Assembly (NCBI RefSeq): GCF_009834535.1
Contig: NC_045697.1
Location: 106,766,001 to 106,830,000, forward strand
Direction: 5' to 3'
DNA: 64,000 bases
Source: Camelus ferus
Taxonomy: Eukaryota
The notes below the pieces were generated by a model. It was not told the origin of the DNA. It saw nothing but the letters and a program-made list of their open reading frames with translations, and searched no databases. Below, piece after piece: positions 1 through 11,834 of the stretch (position 1 is the first letter of the stretch; each line of letters starts with the position of its first letter). A program made the translations under genes and the position numbers.

Positions 1-992
1 AAATGTCTGTTTTCTCTAGTGAGCAAGTAGTGCAGAGACAGCTCTGGGAGAAGGCGGGTGGCACAGGGACCCCGCTCTGGGAGTGACCTGGCAAGTCACT
101 GTTCCTTTCTGGGCCTGAGTTTCCACATCTGTGAGATGGAAGGTTTGGCCAGGATGCTCTAAAAGGATGTTCTGGGGTTTGAAAGTTTCTGGGATTTGCT
201 CAGAGATGACCCTGTTTCAGAGCCTGTCTTCACGGCACATGGTCACAGGAGAGCTCGTGGTGTGGTGGGGCTGCCAAGCCCCAGTCCCTGCCAGAGTGGA
301 GCAGGGGACGTGTAGTGTTGCCTGGAGCTTCTCTGAGCTTGGGCGGTGCCTCCAGGTTTGTAAACACGGTCCACAAAATGGTGACAGCTGGAGACTCTGT
401 GTTCCCCTCAGTCCTGGAGGCTCCAGGAGAGTCCAGTTAATTCAAGGGCTTTTGCGACTTAAGGGGGCTCCCTGTGCACCTCTGCCACCTCGCTGTCCCA
501 CACATTCTGACAACCTCTCTGGATCCTGCTAAGTGACTTGGCTTTTTGGACCAAGTAGCTGAGCTGCCACATTTTTTTTATGAGCAATAAAGACTAAATG
601 CTAACTGAATTCTTGATTGAGATGATAAACTGTTCATTCATTTTGAATTTCCACAGTAGGGATCTGTACCAAATTAGGTGGCATTTGTGCGGTGGGGGAG
701 GGCCTCAGAACCCTGAAGAATGCCCTTCTTGTGCCCCTGGGACCTCTGCCCTCTCCTGGGCCTGCTCCAGCCCTAAGGAGGGAAGTGAGTGGTGGAGGTT
801 CTTTCCGAGGGCAGGGGACTGCTGAGAAGCAGTAACTATGTTTAAAAGGAAGGTCATCGTCCCCCTGCGCTTGTGGCTAAGACGGGCCTATTTAGGAGGG
901 AGATGGTGGTGGTGACGGGTGGTGGGTGCGGTTCAGGAAGAGACCACTTAGACGTGAGAGTCAAAATCATCGTCTTTGATTTTTTTCTATAG

Positions 993-1109
993 GATGATGC
1001 CTCCCAGGAGAATAATATGCAAGCAGAAGTCACAGGTAAACTAAAACAGCACTTTAATAATGCGCTCCCCAAACAGAACAGCACCACGACCGGGGTCTCC
1101 GTTATCATG
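993..1109 (+). CDS. DCLK2: Doublecortin-like kinase 2, penultimate coding exon (end of kinase region / start of C-tail)
   Basis: Polypyrimidine tract + AG (991-992) and GTAAGT donor at 1110. The 117-nt phase 0-0 exon translates DDASQENNMQAEVTGKLKQHFNNALPKQNSTTTGVSVIM, which I recognise as DCLK2. Confidence 0.96.
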
Positions 1110-3811
1110 GTAAGTGGGACGCGGGGCTCTGCCCTTGCATAGCTGCAGGGTCTGGCCTGATGGCCCAGTCGTCACTGAATCTTGTAAAGTCAGTAGCTGA
1201 GAGCTTCCTCCCGTGGTGGTGGGCGCCTTCCACGCTCCTTTCCCCACCTCAGGAACGGCTTGGCATGTGAAGGGCGCCTTTTGGCCGACTCCTGGGCCTT
1301 GAGTCCTGGGATGAGAGGTTGCACAGGTCCCGGCAAGGCCAGGCTGACGGGCCTCTGGCCAGGGAGCCCCGGCCTTCTCTCCTGAGGGAGCCCCAGCGCC
1401 CTCCTGGCAGCTGCTTCTGTTCTCATCTCTGCTCTCCAGCCCTGAGCCCAGGCGGGACTGACAGTGTAAGGAAGTAACTCCCTGATCCCCCAGGCTTCAC
1501 AAATAGATTGAGATCTGAATTAATCTTTGGGACTTGGGATAAGAAAGAGCCAGAGTTAAATTCCATTAAAAAAAAAAATCGGTGTTTTGGACTTTAAAAG
1601 TTGAGAACAATGAGAAAAATACTAGTTTTTTTCAAGGTTGGTAAAATTTTATGAGAAGTCAGTAATAGTGGTCCCTGTATTTCTTCAGATCTTCCTTCTT
1701 CCAAAATGTTTAAGGTAGCTTACCTAAATCCACAAGCGCAGCAGATGACCCATGGCATTAAAGTACGTGAAGTAACGTTAAAGTAAGTTCAGCAAAAGGG
1801 AGGAGAAGGGAGGAAAAATAAAATTGAGCCAGAAGTGTGTTCAGCACACCCACCACCAGCTGTCCAGACCCAAGTTCTTGCCGAGGTGGGGCCGTGTCCC
1901 CAGCGTGTCCCCACCTACCTCGGTGCCACGACTGAAGCACCAGCACCTCGGCTGTGATCTCTGTTCCCCCCCCACACGGCTCACAGAATCAGGGAGCTGG
2001 CGTTGACTTCCTTCCCCAGAGCAGACAGTCAGACTGTGTAAGGAGAAGGCGTCTTGGCCCCCCCGGACAGTGAGAATCCACGGCTTGTTGGGTCCCCAGA
2101 AGCTGGACAGAGAGTGACGGGCTGTCTCCCCGGCTCCATCTGGAGAGCCCGCCCCCTCTGGAGAGCTTCTGGTTTCCTCCCCGACTGGAAGGAGAACAGT
2201 TGCAATTCTTGTGGCACATTGAAGTCTAGGAACCTCCCCTCCAAGGACTCGGGTCCAGGTGGAAGCTGGAGGGAACCCACCTTGTGAGTGTGGCCTGCGC
2301 GCTGTGTCCCTGGGCCTCCAGCGCTGTCCCAGCACTGCTGGTTTGTCCTCCTCCCTGGGGAGGCCGCATGTGTTTGGTGGCTGTCTGTCTGTCCTCGGGG
2401 CTCCTCCTGCTGGGAAGCTGCTGCCCGCCCCAAGGCTCACACGTGGGTCCCCTGACAAGTTGTGGGACCTTGGGGTGCTCTGCGCCAAAATAGTGAGGCC
2501 TCTGGAGTTGTGGTCTTCCTGGCACTTAGCAGTTCTGCTGAAGCCTAGGAGAGCCAGGGTTGTCACAGGCTTGCAGAAGAGAGCCTTTGGAAAGAGCCAC
2601 CTTGACTGAGCCCCCAGCACGAGGTTGATTCCCAGCGAAAAGGCTGCCGGGAGGGTGAGGCCTTGCAGCCTGGCAGGAATTGAGAAAAATTGGAAACACT
2701 GAAAATTGGGACCCTCAACATGTAATCAAAAACCTTAAGATTGATTTTATTAGAAGTACAATTTAATAAGCACATATTAACGAAGCATCTGCGTCTCCTA
2801 GTGGACGAGCCTTTGTAGGGTGGGCCGGGCTCACCCAAGTTCTCCCCGAGTTCCCGGGGTCGCCTGTTGACTCATGGCCCATGGGAATGGATGGCGTGAG
2901 GCCTGTGGCCTGCCACAGTTCTGGAATGATCGGCCCTTCTGGCCCAGTGTAGGCTCTGTTCTGCAGAAGGAGGTTTCAGCCCTCTTACCCACAGAATCCT
3001 ATCTTATGGTTTACAAATGGCATTTTTTCCATTTGCTGATGGAGTTCAACCGTTAAATTTCAAACTCCTGAACTTTTAACAGGATGTTTGTGTGAATGAA
3101 CAAGGCTCTCCCATTTGTAATCCGAGCGGTGATTGTAAAAGTTGTATGTTCACGTGTGTGTTCAGTGTCACCTTGGGCATGTTGGCTGGGCTCCATCCAA
3201 CCCCACGTCCCCTACACAACTCTGCAGCTCGTGAGCGCTGGGAAGTGCTGGCGGATGTCCTCACTCTCAGTACCTGCGGGAGAAATCAGGGAAGCCTGTC
3301 CCTGGAGGTACCAATTCTCAATGGCCAAAAAGCCAGCCTGTGAATTTTGGCTTGTCCCCAAAAGCAGGGGCGAGAAGGCAGCTGAGGAGCCTGCCCGGGG
3401 CACGGTTGTGTGGGGGCGGCTTGTAGCTGCTTCCATGGCTTCATCCTCGTCCTCGTCACCATTGCTGCGTGTCTGTGTCCTGGCCTTGGGAACAGTTTCA
3501 AATGTTTATTTAAAAATCATTCATCAGAAATACCTCTCCCTGGTGTTTATATGTTCTCATAGCTGGAGTATGTGAGGCTTGTGTGGTTTCCTACGGATAC
3601 AAATGGTGGTGGAACCGGTGGGGACGCTTCAGGAGCTGTCAACCCCAGACGGAGCCTTCCTCTGTGCTGCTCCCCACCCCTGCCGTGTCCTCTCCACCTC
3701 AGCCCCCCAGAGTTGGAGCCTGAGGCTCCCCTGAGAAAGTTACAGGCTAGGATGGTAAATAGCAGTGCAAGAAAGTAAAGCTGATGCTGTTGTCTGCGTT
3801 TTGTTTGACAG

Positions 3812-3829
3812 TTTGATTTGACAGTTTGA
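3812..3829 (+). CDS. DCLK2: Candidate alternative DCLK2 exon start encoding FDLTV-stop
   Basis: tgtctgcgttttgtttgacAG|TTT GAT TTG ACA GTT TGA, in phase 0 with exon 993-1109. Matches my recollection of a DCLK2 isoform ending ...VSVIMFDLTV. The 3' end of the exon is not determined. Confidence 0.6.
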   Translation, partial: FDLTV

Positions 3830-4746
3830 GAGACACTTCAGAGTTTCAGTGTGTACCCCGTTCAGACTCTGGGGATCCTGGAGCAGAATTCGGGTACTCA
3901 CCATACTGTGCTTAACCAGAGCAGCTCTAATTCCCAGCCCCTCTTGAATCTGCATGCTTCTCTCAGACTTGACACCAGCATCCAGCTCTCAGCCTCTCAC
4001 GGGTGCAGGTCTCCTGCACCTGCTGACACCTGTTTCGGCCAGCCACGCACACCCTTGGAAACCTCACTTTAAAACGTCTCAGCTTGCCACGTTGCCTTCC
4101 TTCCCAGACCAGAAGCTGGCGAGTGCACGGAGGACTCCAGGAGTTCTCCTGCTAAAGGCTGCTTTTCAGCTTAGATGAAAAAGCATCTTTTCGTGAACGA
4201 CAGCATAAGATGGGGACCGTTGTGAAGGCTTTTGTTCTCTTTTCTCAGATGCATTTGCAAAGATGCATTTTTATCAGTAAGACAGTGTAGAGTCAGCGAG
4301 GCTTTGGGGTAGGAGAATGATACTGGAGAGGAGTTTGGTTTAAGACGGGCCTGTAGTTTCAGATTGTACTTGCATTGTCTGTGACTTGTCCTTAGATGCT
4401 TAAGAAAGGACAGTGCACCCGAGGGGGGGCTTCTCGCCTCTCCCAGTGGGCTCACCCCACCTTGGGGACCAGAAGAGGCCCCCTCATGGCGGGAAGGGGA
4501 ATTAGAAGAAACCCCTTCCTGCTGCATCTTGTGGCCACCGGACAAAGGATGGATTGGAAAGGGGTTCTTCCCCGCTCAGGGGATCATGCTTCTTTTGGGG
4601 GAAGTTGGGAATGATCTGGGCTTAATTTAAGAGAGACAGAACTGTTTTGATCGTGTTGCTTCTGTTGAAAGTAAGTCTAGTTTCTGTCCCCGCTTCTCTC
4701 CTGCCTTCTGCCTCTCCCGCCGCCTGCATTGCTTCCCTCTGACTAG

Positions 4747-4759
4747 GTCCAAGGCGATG
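4747..4759 (+). CDS. DCLK2: Candidate 13-nt frameshifting microexon of DCLK2
   Basis: Long pyrimidine tract (4681-4740) + TAG|GTCCAAGGCGATG|GTACGT. Spliced to 5937 it gives VQGDEHGSR* (TAA 5951-5953), resembling a recalled rodent DCLK2 isoform tail beginning VQGHEHGSR. Confidence 0.72.
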
Positions 4760-5936
4760 GTACGTACTAACTGCACGGCCCTGCTGCTTTCCGCTGCACA
4801 CATACATGTTCTTGCCGGGAAGAGAAGAGGAGAAATAACTGCAGGGCAGTTTGTTTCTTCTGCCCAGGGGCCAATTTATGGCTGAAAACAGTGAACGCTG
4901 ACGCTCTGTGCCTTCGTTGTTTTCACTGAGGGGTGGCCTGGCCTCTGCTCATACTAGGGGCTTGGAAGCTTGTTAAAGAGCGATGCTGAGTTTCTGATTG
5001 GGCTTTTCCACAGTTACCTCTTCTCCAGGTAATTGAAACTTACCTTGGCAGCTGCTGGGTTCATCTTGAGCTGGGAAGGGCTTGTGGAGAAACCTGTTCA
5101 CAGCTGACACCAGGCGCCCTGAAGGCAGCCGCACAAGTCCATCCGAGGAAGCCCAGCGGTTGTCCTTCTTTCCCCCCAGAGTACTGAAGGGATCAGTGGT
5201 GCATTTTCCCCTTCAGGTAGTTAGATCACAGAACAGCTTCTGGCCCACATGCCTCTCAGCCTGAGGACTGAAAGCTCCGCATTTGGAAAACCCAGTGAGA
5301 CCTCCCTGGAGGAGAAGAGGTACAGAAACTGAGTCAGAGGAGGACGAGGAAGGCAGACTTAGGTCCCCCCTCTCAGTCTGGGGTTAGAAAGCAGGGCCAT
5401 TTCTGTGCTCCCGGAGGAGTGGAGCAGATGAAAACCCTCGGGAGTGTGACAGGATAAAGAAACCCAGGCAGGAAGAGGACAGCAGGTCAGGAGACGATGG
5501 GGGATCCAAAAACGGGTAATATGGCACCATCGATTCCCGGGGCTTTTACAGATTATGTAGCCGCAAGGGTTGTAAGGAGGTTACTTATTTATACATCTGA
5601 GTAACTTTCCAGCCCCTGATGGGGAACCTAGTTTAGAAAAGTGAGCTGTCAGAGACTCGCGTTCTCGTAGGGTTTGCTCCTCGTCCAGGACTCCTCTGGG
5701 CTCGAGAGCTCGGGAAGAGGCGCTCAGGACCCAGGCTCAGCGCGGGGCCGGGAGGATCCGCCCGGCCGCGTCCGTCGGGGCCGCAGTAGGAGCAGAGGCC
5801 AGGCCGGGCGCCGCTCGGGGTGGGGGCGCTGGGCGTTACTCCTCCTCTCCTGTCCCCGGCCGTGCATGCCCACCGCGCGCCAGGTCGCGGTGACGGGCCG
5901 GCGGCCTGACGCCCTGTCTCGCTGCTCTCTCCGCAG

Positions 5937-6125
5937 AACACGGCTCTAGATAAGGAGGGGCAGATCTTCGGCGGCCCCAAGCTCTGCGCGGACGGCAGCC
6001 GGCCCGGGGTGCAGCCCGCCGCCCCGGAGCCCCCCGCGCCCCCGGGGTCTCCCCCGCGCCCCTGCTCTCCTGCCGCCGCCGCGAGCTGCGAGCGGGCCGG
6101 GACCTGGCGCCGCCACCGCGACTGA
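5937..6125 (+). CDS. DCLK2: DCLK2 last coding exon (Pro-rich C-tail)
   Basis: ctctctccgcAG acceptor. Translates NTALDKEGQIFGGPKLCADGSRPGVQPAAPEPPAPPGSPPRPCSPAAAASCERAGTWRRHRD*. The NTALDKEGQIF and ERAGTWRRHRD ends are characteristic of DCLK2. Confidence 0.95.
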   Translation, partial: NTALDKEGQIFGGPKLCADGSRPGVQPAAPEPPAPPGSPPRPCSPAAAASCERAGTWRRHRD

Positions 6126-6141
6126 GCCGCCGCCGCCCCCG

Positions 6142-6172
6142 CCGACCGACCGACCGACCTACCGACTGACTG
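6142..6172 (+). repeat. (CCGA)n-type imperfect microsatellite just after the DCLK2 stop
   Basis: ccgaccgaccgaccgacctaccgactgactg. Confidence 0.8.
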
Positions 6173-7116
6173 CACCGCCGGGGTCCAGGGCGCGCACCTG
6201 CCCGGCCGCCGCTTCCCGCCCCGCTCGGCCCGGGCCCTGGAGGCGCCGTGTGCGCGTCAGCTCTGGGGACGGGTCCCCGGAGCGGCGGCTTCTGCATTCT
6301 CCGTCTTTTCAGTTCCGTGGACATTTGACAGCGTCGCTGGGAGAACATGCAACTTTCCTCCCGCGCCGAGTGCATTTTTATAGAAAACACTTTGGATGAG
6401 CCAAGCTCTCTCCCTTATTTAAGTAAACTCGGGGGCTCCTTTTTTTCTTACAGCTCAGAGCCGCGTTGGCCCCTTTGTGGGCGTCCTTCGTCTGCTGACC
6501 AGGTCGCGGCTGGCTTTCTACCGGGAGGAGCGGGCGCCGGAGCGGACACCCCGTCCCGGGACACTGAGCCCGGCGCGCGGAGGAGCCGCCCTGCACGGCT
6601 GCGCGAGGGGCTCGCTTAAGACAGCGCTGGGTATTTGTGCACCGGCCGCGGGGAAGGTCACTTCCTCCCTAGACGTTGTGTGAGTCCCCGTGTGTTACAG
6701 ACGTGCTGACGACGTGGTTCTCGGGGCTTTTTACCGAGGGGGGCGGTGCGTGTGGCTTCGCCGGCAGGCGCTGCCTTCTCGGGGTCCAGCTGTGGGCAGA
6801 GGGGGACCAACCAGCGGCCCGAGGGGCCACCGGAGCCTCCTCTCCCCATCTGCTTGTCACCCGCGGCGGCCGCAGCTACCCCCGGGCAAGCGCGCGTCCG
6901 GGCACCGTGGGGACTGGGCGGGAAGGTGCCTGCAGACACCCTCTGCTGTTAACCTGGAAGGCTGCTGGCAGTTTTTCCTTTTTTCCACCACCCTGCTCTT
7001 TTTAATGGTTGTACATAATCAGTGTATTTGTTTTACGTGCTCATCTTCTAAACGGGTGGGCCTGTAGTTCATTCTCATTGTTAGACTTTTGCCTCCTACA
7101 AGTGTACCCTAGCTAC

Positions 7117-7122
7117 AATAAA
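7117..7122 (+). promoter_or_regulatory. Polyadenylation signal of DCLK2
   Basis: First AATAAA I found downstream of the DCLK2 stop, followed by a GU-rich element. Confidence 0.7.
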
Positions 7123-8869
7123 CTCTTCCTTCTCGAAAAAAGCGATCAGGGTGGGCAGAGGTCCCTGTGTTGTTGTTTTGCAAAGGCTGTGTGATCCAAG
7201 CAGCACCTCCGCGACCCAGGTTCTGGCCGGTGCCAGCATCGGCTTCTGTGAAGTCTTGGGGCCACCACAGGAAGAGGTGTTTGGGCAGAACACGCGGCTG
7301 TGTCTTGGTTCAAGTGTATTTGATTACAGGTGCAGAAACTCACATAACAAGGGCTCAGAAGTAAACGGGGATTATTCGTGTACAGCAAAGGACTCTAACG
7401 GAACAAGTGAGAGACTGTCAGGCTTTAAGGGAACCGGGGAGTCAGGGCACTATTCCCATCTGTCTCTGTCGGTCTTTCTCAGAGATGGTGCTGTCTCCTG
7501 TCTCTGCTTCTTTCAGTGTTATTTTGGTTCTTGGTTTCTGCTCCCTCATAACATCTGCTTGCCTGTGGCTCTGGCTTAGCCTGGAACTGCTTCTGTCCCC
7601 AGCTTCTCAAGGCTGGACAATGCCAGGGCTTGAATCCATCTCTTTCAGCTCTGGGTCTCTTCATTCAAATTGCTGGGCAGTGATTTCTCTCTGGGCTGGT
7701 GCTGAGCCAGGATCCAGCCCAGCCACTTGGTACAAAATGCACATGGGCTTCCTGGTGGCACAGCTCCGGCAGGGGTAGTCCTCAGGAGGTGGGTGGTGAT
7801 GGACAGATCCAGAACATTCTGCTTGTCACTCTCCTCACTGACTGGTTAAAGAATAAGCTTTATCATGGCTTCCAAGAGAAAAATTTGTGTTAATGGAAGT
7901 GAAAAGCTAATGTAAAAGAATGGAAGAGAAAAATGAAAATAATAAAGACGAAAATAGAAAAATGACAGAGCGAAGGCTCCAGAACTGATCAGAGCCTGAA
8001 ACCTGACTCCCTCCCTGGAACTATGAGGTTCAAAGATGTTTGCTAAAGACTTAAGAAAATAAGTGGCCAGGGCAGTGCCAGTGCCTGGTGACAGGAGCAG
8101 GAGCACCTTCTGTCCAGCACCTGCTCCACCCTCTGTGCCCCCTTAGAGGGCCTGGGGACAGGAGGTAGCCTGACTCTGGTGTGGCAGTGTGGCCAAGTGG
8201 TTCTTTTGTGATTATCTTAATCCCACGAACACCGGGAGCGGTAAGTGGTGGTCAGGGAGCAAGGCCAGAAGTCAGGTGACATAACCCAGGTCATAGAATT
8301 GGCAGGGGATGGAGCCACGAGGCGGTTTCAGATTCCACAGACGCCAAAGCTGTGCTCTTTTGGAGACAACCAGTCATCCAGGGTAAATCAGGGCCTGGCT
8401 GTCTAGGTGCTGGTCCTCAGTAAAGGCCACACCACAAGCAAGTTGTTCATTCAGCCACACCCTTAGCAGACGTGTACTGAGCTCTTGTTCTGGTCTGAGA
8501 ATCCAAGTGAAATACAGGCACTTGATCACTGGGTTCCTCCGCTCCTGTGCAGTGAGAGAGGCGTGTGTTTGGTTTCTGTTCATTTGCTTCCTCCAGCAGG
8601 GGACCCGCGTGTAAAGGAGCTGACGTTTGAACAGGGAAGCAGTGACCTGCTGAAGCCCTCGTGGGAGGCCTGCTGGGCTCAACCAAGACTCAGTGTGTTT
8701 GCCCTCTTCAGAAAGATGGCTAGGATGTGGAGATGTACGGAATATATGAATATTTTCAGGAATAAGATTGTGAAATGTGAATTAGGAGAGCATGAGGACA
8801 GTTTGGAAGAGATGAACCATATTGAAAAAGTCTGGTCAGTGATGCCGTCTTGGAGGAAGACCTCTAGAG

Positions 8870-9176
8870 CAGCGGGGCCATCCCATGGAAATGCAATGTA
8901 AGCCACGTGATTTAACATTTTTCTGGTACCACATTAAAAAATGTAAAATACAGGTAAAATCAATTTTATAGTTTCTCTAACCCAGTGTATCTAAATATAT
9001 CCAAAGTATGATTTCAATATGTAATCAGTGTAAAAAAGCATTGGGAAATTTTACATCCTTTGTACTAAGTCTTTGAGCTCCTGTGTGTTGACGTGTGGCA
9101 CATCTCAGGTTGACCAGGCACATGTCAGGCGTTTGACAGGCACGTGTGGCTCTGCCTGCCATACTGGACAGTGCGG
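8870..9176. mobile_element. hAT-Charlie MITE, MER33/MER3-like
   Basis: About 300 bp with MER33-like motifs (aatgtaagccacgtg...tttctggtaccacatt...cacgtgtggct...actggacagtgc). Family assigned from memory. Confidence 0.6.
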
Positions 9177-11834
9177 TGCTAAGGAAAGGCCGCGGCCCTT
9201 AGTCTTCTCATCCTCGTTTTGCTTTTGCTTATGATGCTTATGTCCATTGCTTTAAATGGGATGGACTGCCTTAAGATGATCTCACCAGGTCAGACACGGA
9301 TCAAACCTGAGGTTGAAATCAAAGTGTGACGTCCTGAGATTGTATCCTGTAACAGTGACCAAGGTTTGGAACTCACTGCTTCCCAGGAAAGATCTGGAGG
9401 GCAGAATTTCAATAAGCACCATTTCCTTAGGCGCCAATGGAACTGCTTGCCCATTAGCGTGACTTGAAACTGTGTCCCGAGCCATCTGTGCAGATGGTTA
9501 GCTGAGCCTGCCTAGATATGCTTCTACTCTGGGGCGTCGGGGCTGTGGTGCAGGTAAAGTAACCATCACCCAGGAGGAGGCAAGAATGGTGAGGGGCTTA
9601 GAGCCCAGGCAGCTGAGGACTGGTGGGAAAGGAGAAATCAGAGCGCCCTCGGCTGGATGTGCGGCTAGGGAAGGAACCGCTCTGCGGCAGCAGGTGGTGG
9701 TTTACTCTGGTGGCTCTGGATGGTGGCCTGAGGTCCGTGGGTCGGAGGCACGAGGGGTCAGGTGTGAGTGCAGAGTTGGAGGAAGTGTGGTCCAGTGACA
9801 GAATTAGCTGCTTTCTAGAGGAGTGATCATCTAGTTTTTGGCGACACCTAGATGAGAAATAATCACAAGAGTTTGCAGTTTACGGAGTACCTCATCCTGT
9901 CTTGTTTCAGCTATGCCACGGCCCTGAGACAGAGATGCTAATATCCCAGCTCAACAAGTGAGGAAACTCGATGGGTTGAGAGCTGCTGGAGCAGGGACTT
10001 GCCTCTCCGGGCCCTGAGGGCAGGTGTCCCGAGAACTGGCCTGCCCCTCCAGGTGATCAGAGAAGCGTCAGTGGGAGCGTCTGTCAGGAGGTGGAGGTGG
10101 GCTGGGTGGGGGAGATGCCTGACAAAGGGTAGGAAATCGCGGCAGCTAAGAAGTTATCAGGGCAGGAGCGTGAGTTCTGTTAGATGAAGAAAGACAGTAG
10201 TTTGTCCCGAGGGAGGCTGATGGGTGCGACTTCGGTTAGTTCTGACCAGTGGATTTTAAGGGGCTATTTTACGATAAAACCCGCAGCCTTGAACTCAAAG
10301 GCAGTTCGATGTCAGGATGTGTTGCTATCATCAAATGGCTGAGGGTACAGAGACAGTCACCTGGTCCTGCCAGGCCCCTTCCCAGCAGAAGCCTCTTTCA
10401 GCGGGGGCAGAGGTGGCCCCGAGGGCCTCCGGGCGGTCAGGAAGATTTCAGCGGGGGGAAGGGGGGCTCTGTCTGCGCTGATGCTGAGGTCCAGTCTGGG
10501 AAACGTCTCCAGCTGATCCAAGCCTGCAGCTACAGTGCAGCCAGCTGCCTCTGCCCGGCTCCCCCAGAATCTTGGTTCTGGCAAGGAAATAGATCCCTAA
10601 ACGTGAGACAGGAAAATAATGGTTTTCTGCCATTTGCCCGCGTCCCCCTCTTCTCTGCTCATCTCTAGCTACCCGCCTGCTCTAACACTGTGTGCTCTAA
10701 GCCCTGTGCTTCCTCCCAGTGATCTAGCGGTATTTCTTAAACCGCAGAGCCTCAAGGGCTTGATTGGTGATATTTCAGGAAGAATCAACGCTATCAGTGA
10801 GGAAAATCTTACTTTCTTGAGGCGATGCCTTTTAACACACCGCACTGCCGCCAGCTGAGGGGCCACCCTGTTTCCCCGCCTGCTGCAAATAATCTCGTTT
10901 GGTTCCAAACCACCTCAGTTTTGACCTCTTTTTCCTAATTGGTCTACATGTATTTGAAATACTTGTTTTTGAGTAAACCTTAACATACACCGCACCAGCA
11001 GTTCTGTCACTAAGCCCTCGTGTGGACATCAGCCGTCTGTTTCACGAGTGTCCGAGGGTCCCAGCTCCGCGGTTGGGGGAAGCCCAGCTGTAAAGCGTGA
11101 CTTTGTGTTTTAGTTGCGTTCTCATAGTCGTACATTTTAAAACAAGGCAGTGGAGGCACCAATTTTCTTCTTAGGCTCCAAGAGGGAAGTGCTTCATTAA
11201 CTTTGCTTTAGGCTTATTAAAGTGGGTAGCTGAAGTGTCACGTGCCTGGCCCAGGACTTAGGTGTCCCTAGCTAGTTTTCTTCTACCATTTACCCTGAAG
11301 TCTGATGCCGCAGGCTGACAGCAGTGGGGTGCTCGTCTGCCAGTCACTTGGGTACGTCTTTGAGTCTAAGATGTCTTCTCCCTCCCCCACATTTACCATC
11401 TGTTTTCCTGGTTAATGGTCTATAAAACACTGGTGGATCTTAGACGGGACAGTGTACACAGTCCCTTGTTTGGTCATTTGTTAGACACGGGTCTAGTGTG
11501 CTGATTGCTGTGAGTCTCAGTAAGAGGGAGCTAGCTGGCCAGTCTTCCTTCAAGAGAGTCTCATTGGTGGTTGTTCAAAAACTATGACTGAACTAGGGTT
11601 TGACATCATCTTCGCAAACAACTGTTTTATGATTGCTTCAAAATCAGGAGTGAAAAAGATATTTCCAACAAGTCAATTACAAATACTGTTTTACTTAACT
11701 TTTCTGTCAAACTGAGTTGTTCCATTCCAAATCTCTGCTTTTAGAGAAAAGCTGAATGTGTAGAAAAAAAGGGGGGGGACCCCTTTACATAAGTTGCAAG
11801 AGAATCAGAGATGGAATATCAGTTTCATCTAAGA

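Larger units (their letters stand above)
5650..6950. promoter_or_regulatory. CpG island over the DCLK2 last exon and proximal 3' UTR
   Basis: Visibly very GC-rich with dense CpG dinucleotides compared with the flanks. Boundaries judged by eye. Confidence 0.85.
6126..7140 (+). other. DCLK2: DCLK2 3' UTR (approximate end)
   Basis: Runs from the TGA to just past AATAAA at 7117-7122, with U-rich and TGTA elements upstream and a GT-rich tract (about 7166-7180) downstream. Confidence 0.7.

Noticed and set aside
1110..1142. DCLK2 intron read-through VSGTRGSALA*
   Set aside because: The donor is a consensus GTAAGT and the frame closes after 10 codons, so there is no sequence support for a functional isoform here.
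1841..2620. 259-aa minus-strand ORF
   Set aside because: Antisense in a GC-rich DCLK2 intron, non-ATG start, no recognisable domain; expected by chance.
4640..4676. Strong GTAAGT donor at 4671 suggesting another small exon
   Set aside because: The nearest upstream AG lacks a pyrimidine tract, so no exon can be defined from sequence alone.
5633..6390. 180-184-aa minus-strand ORFs over the CpG island
   Set aside because: Low-complexity G/A/R/P translations caused by stop-codon scarcity in GC-rich DNA; they are antisense shadows of the DCLK2 exon.
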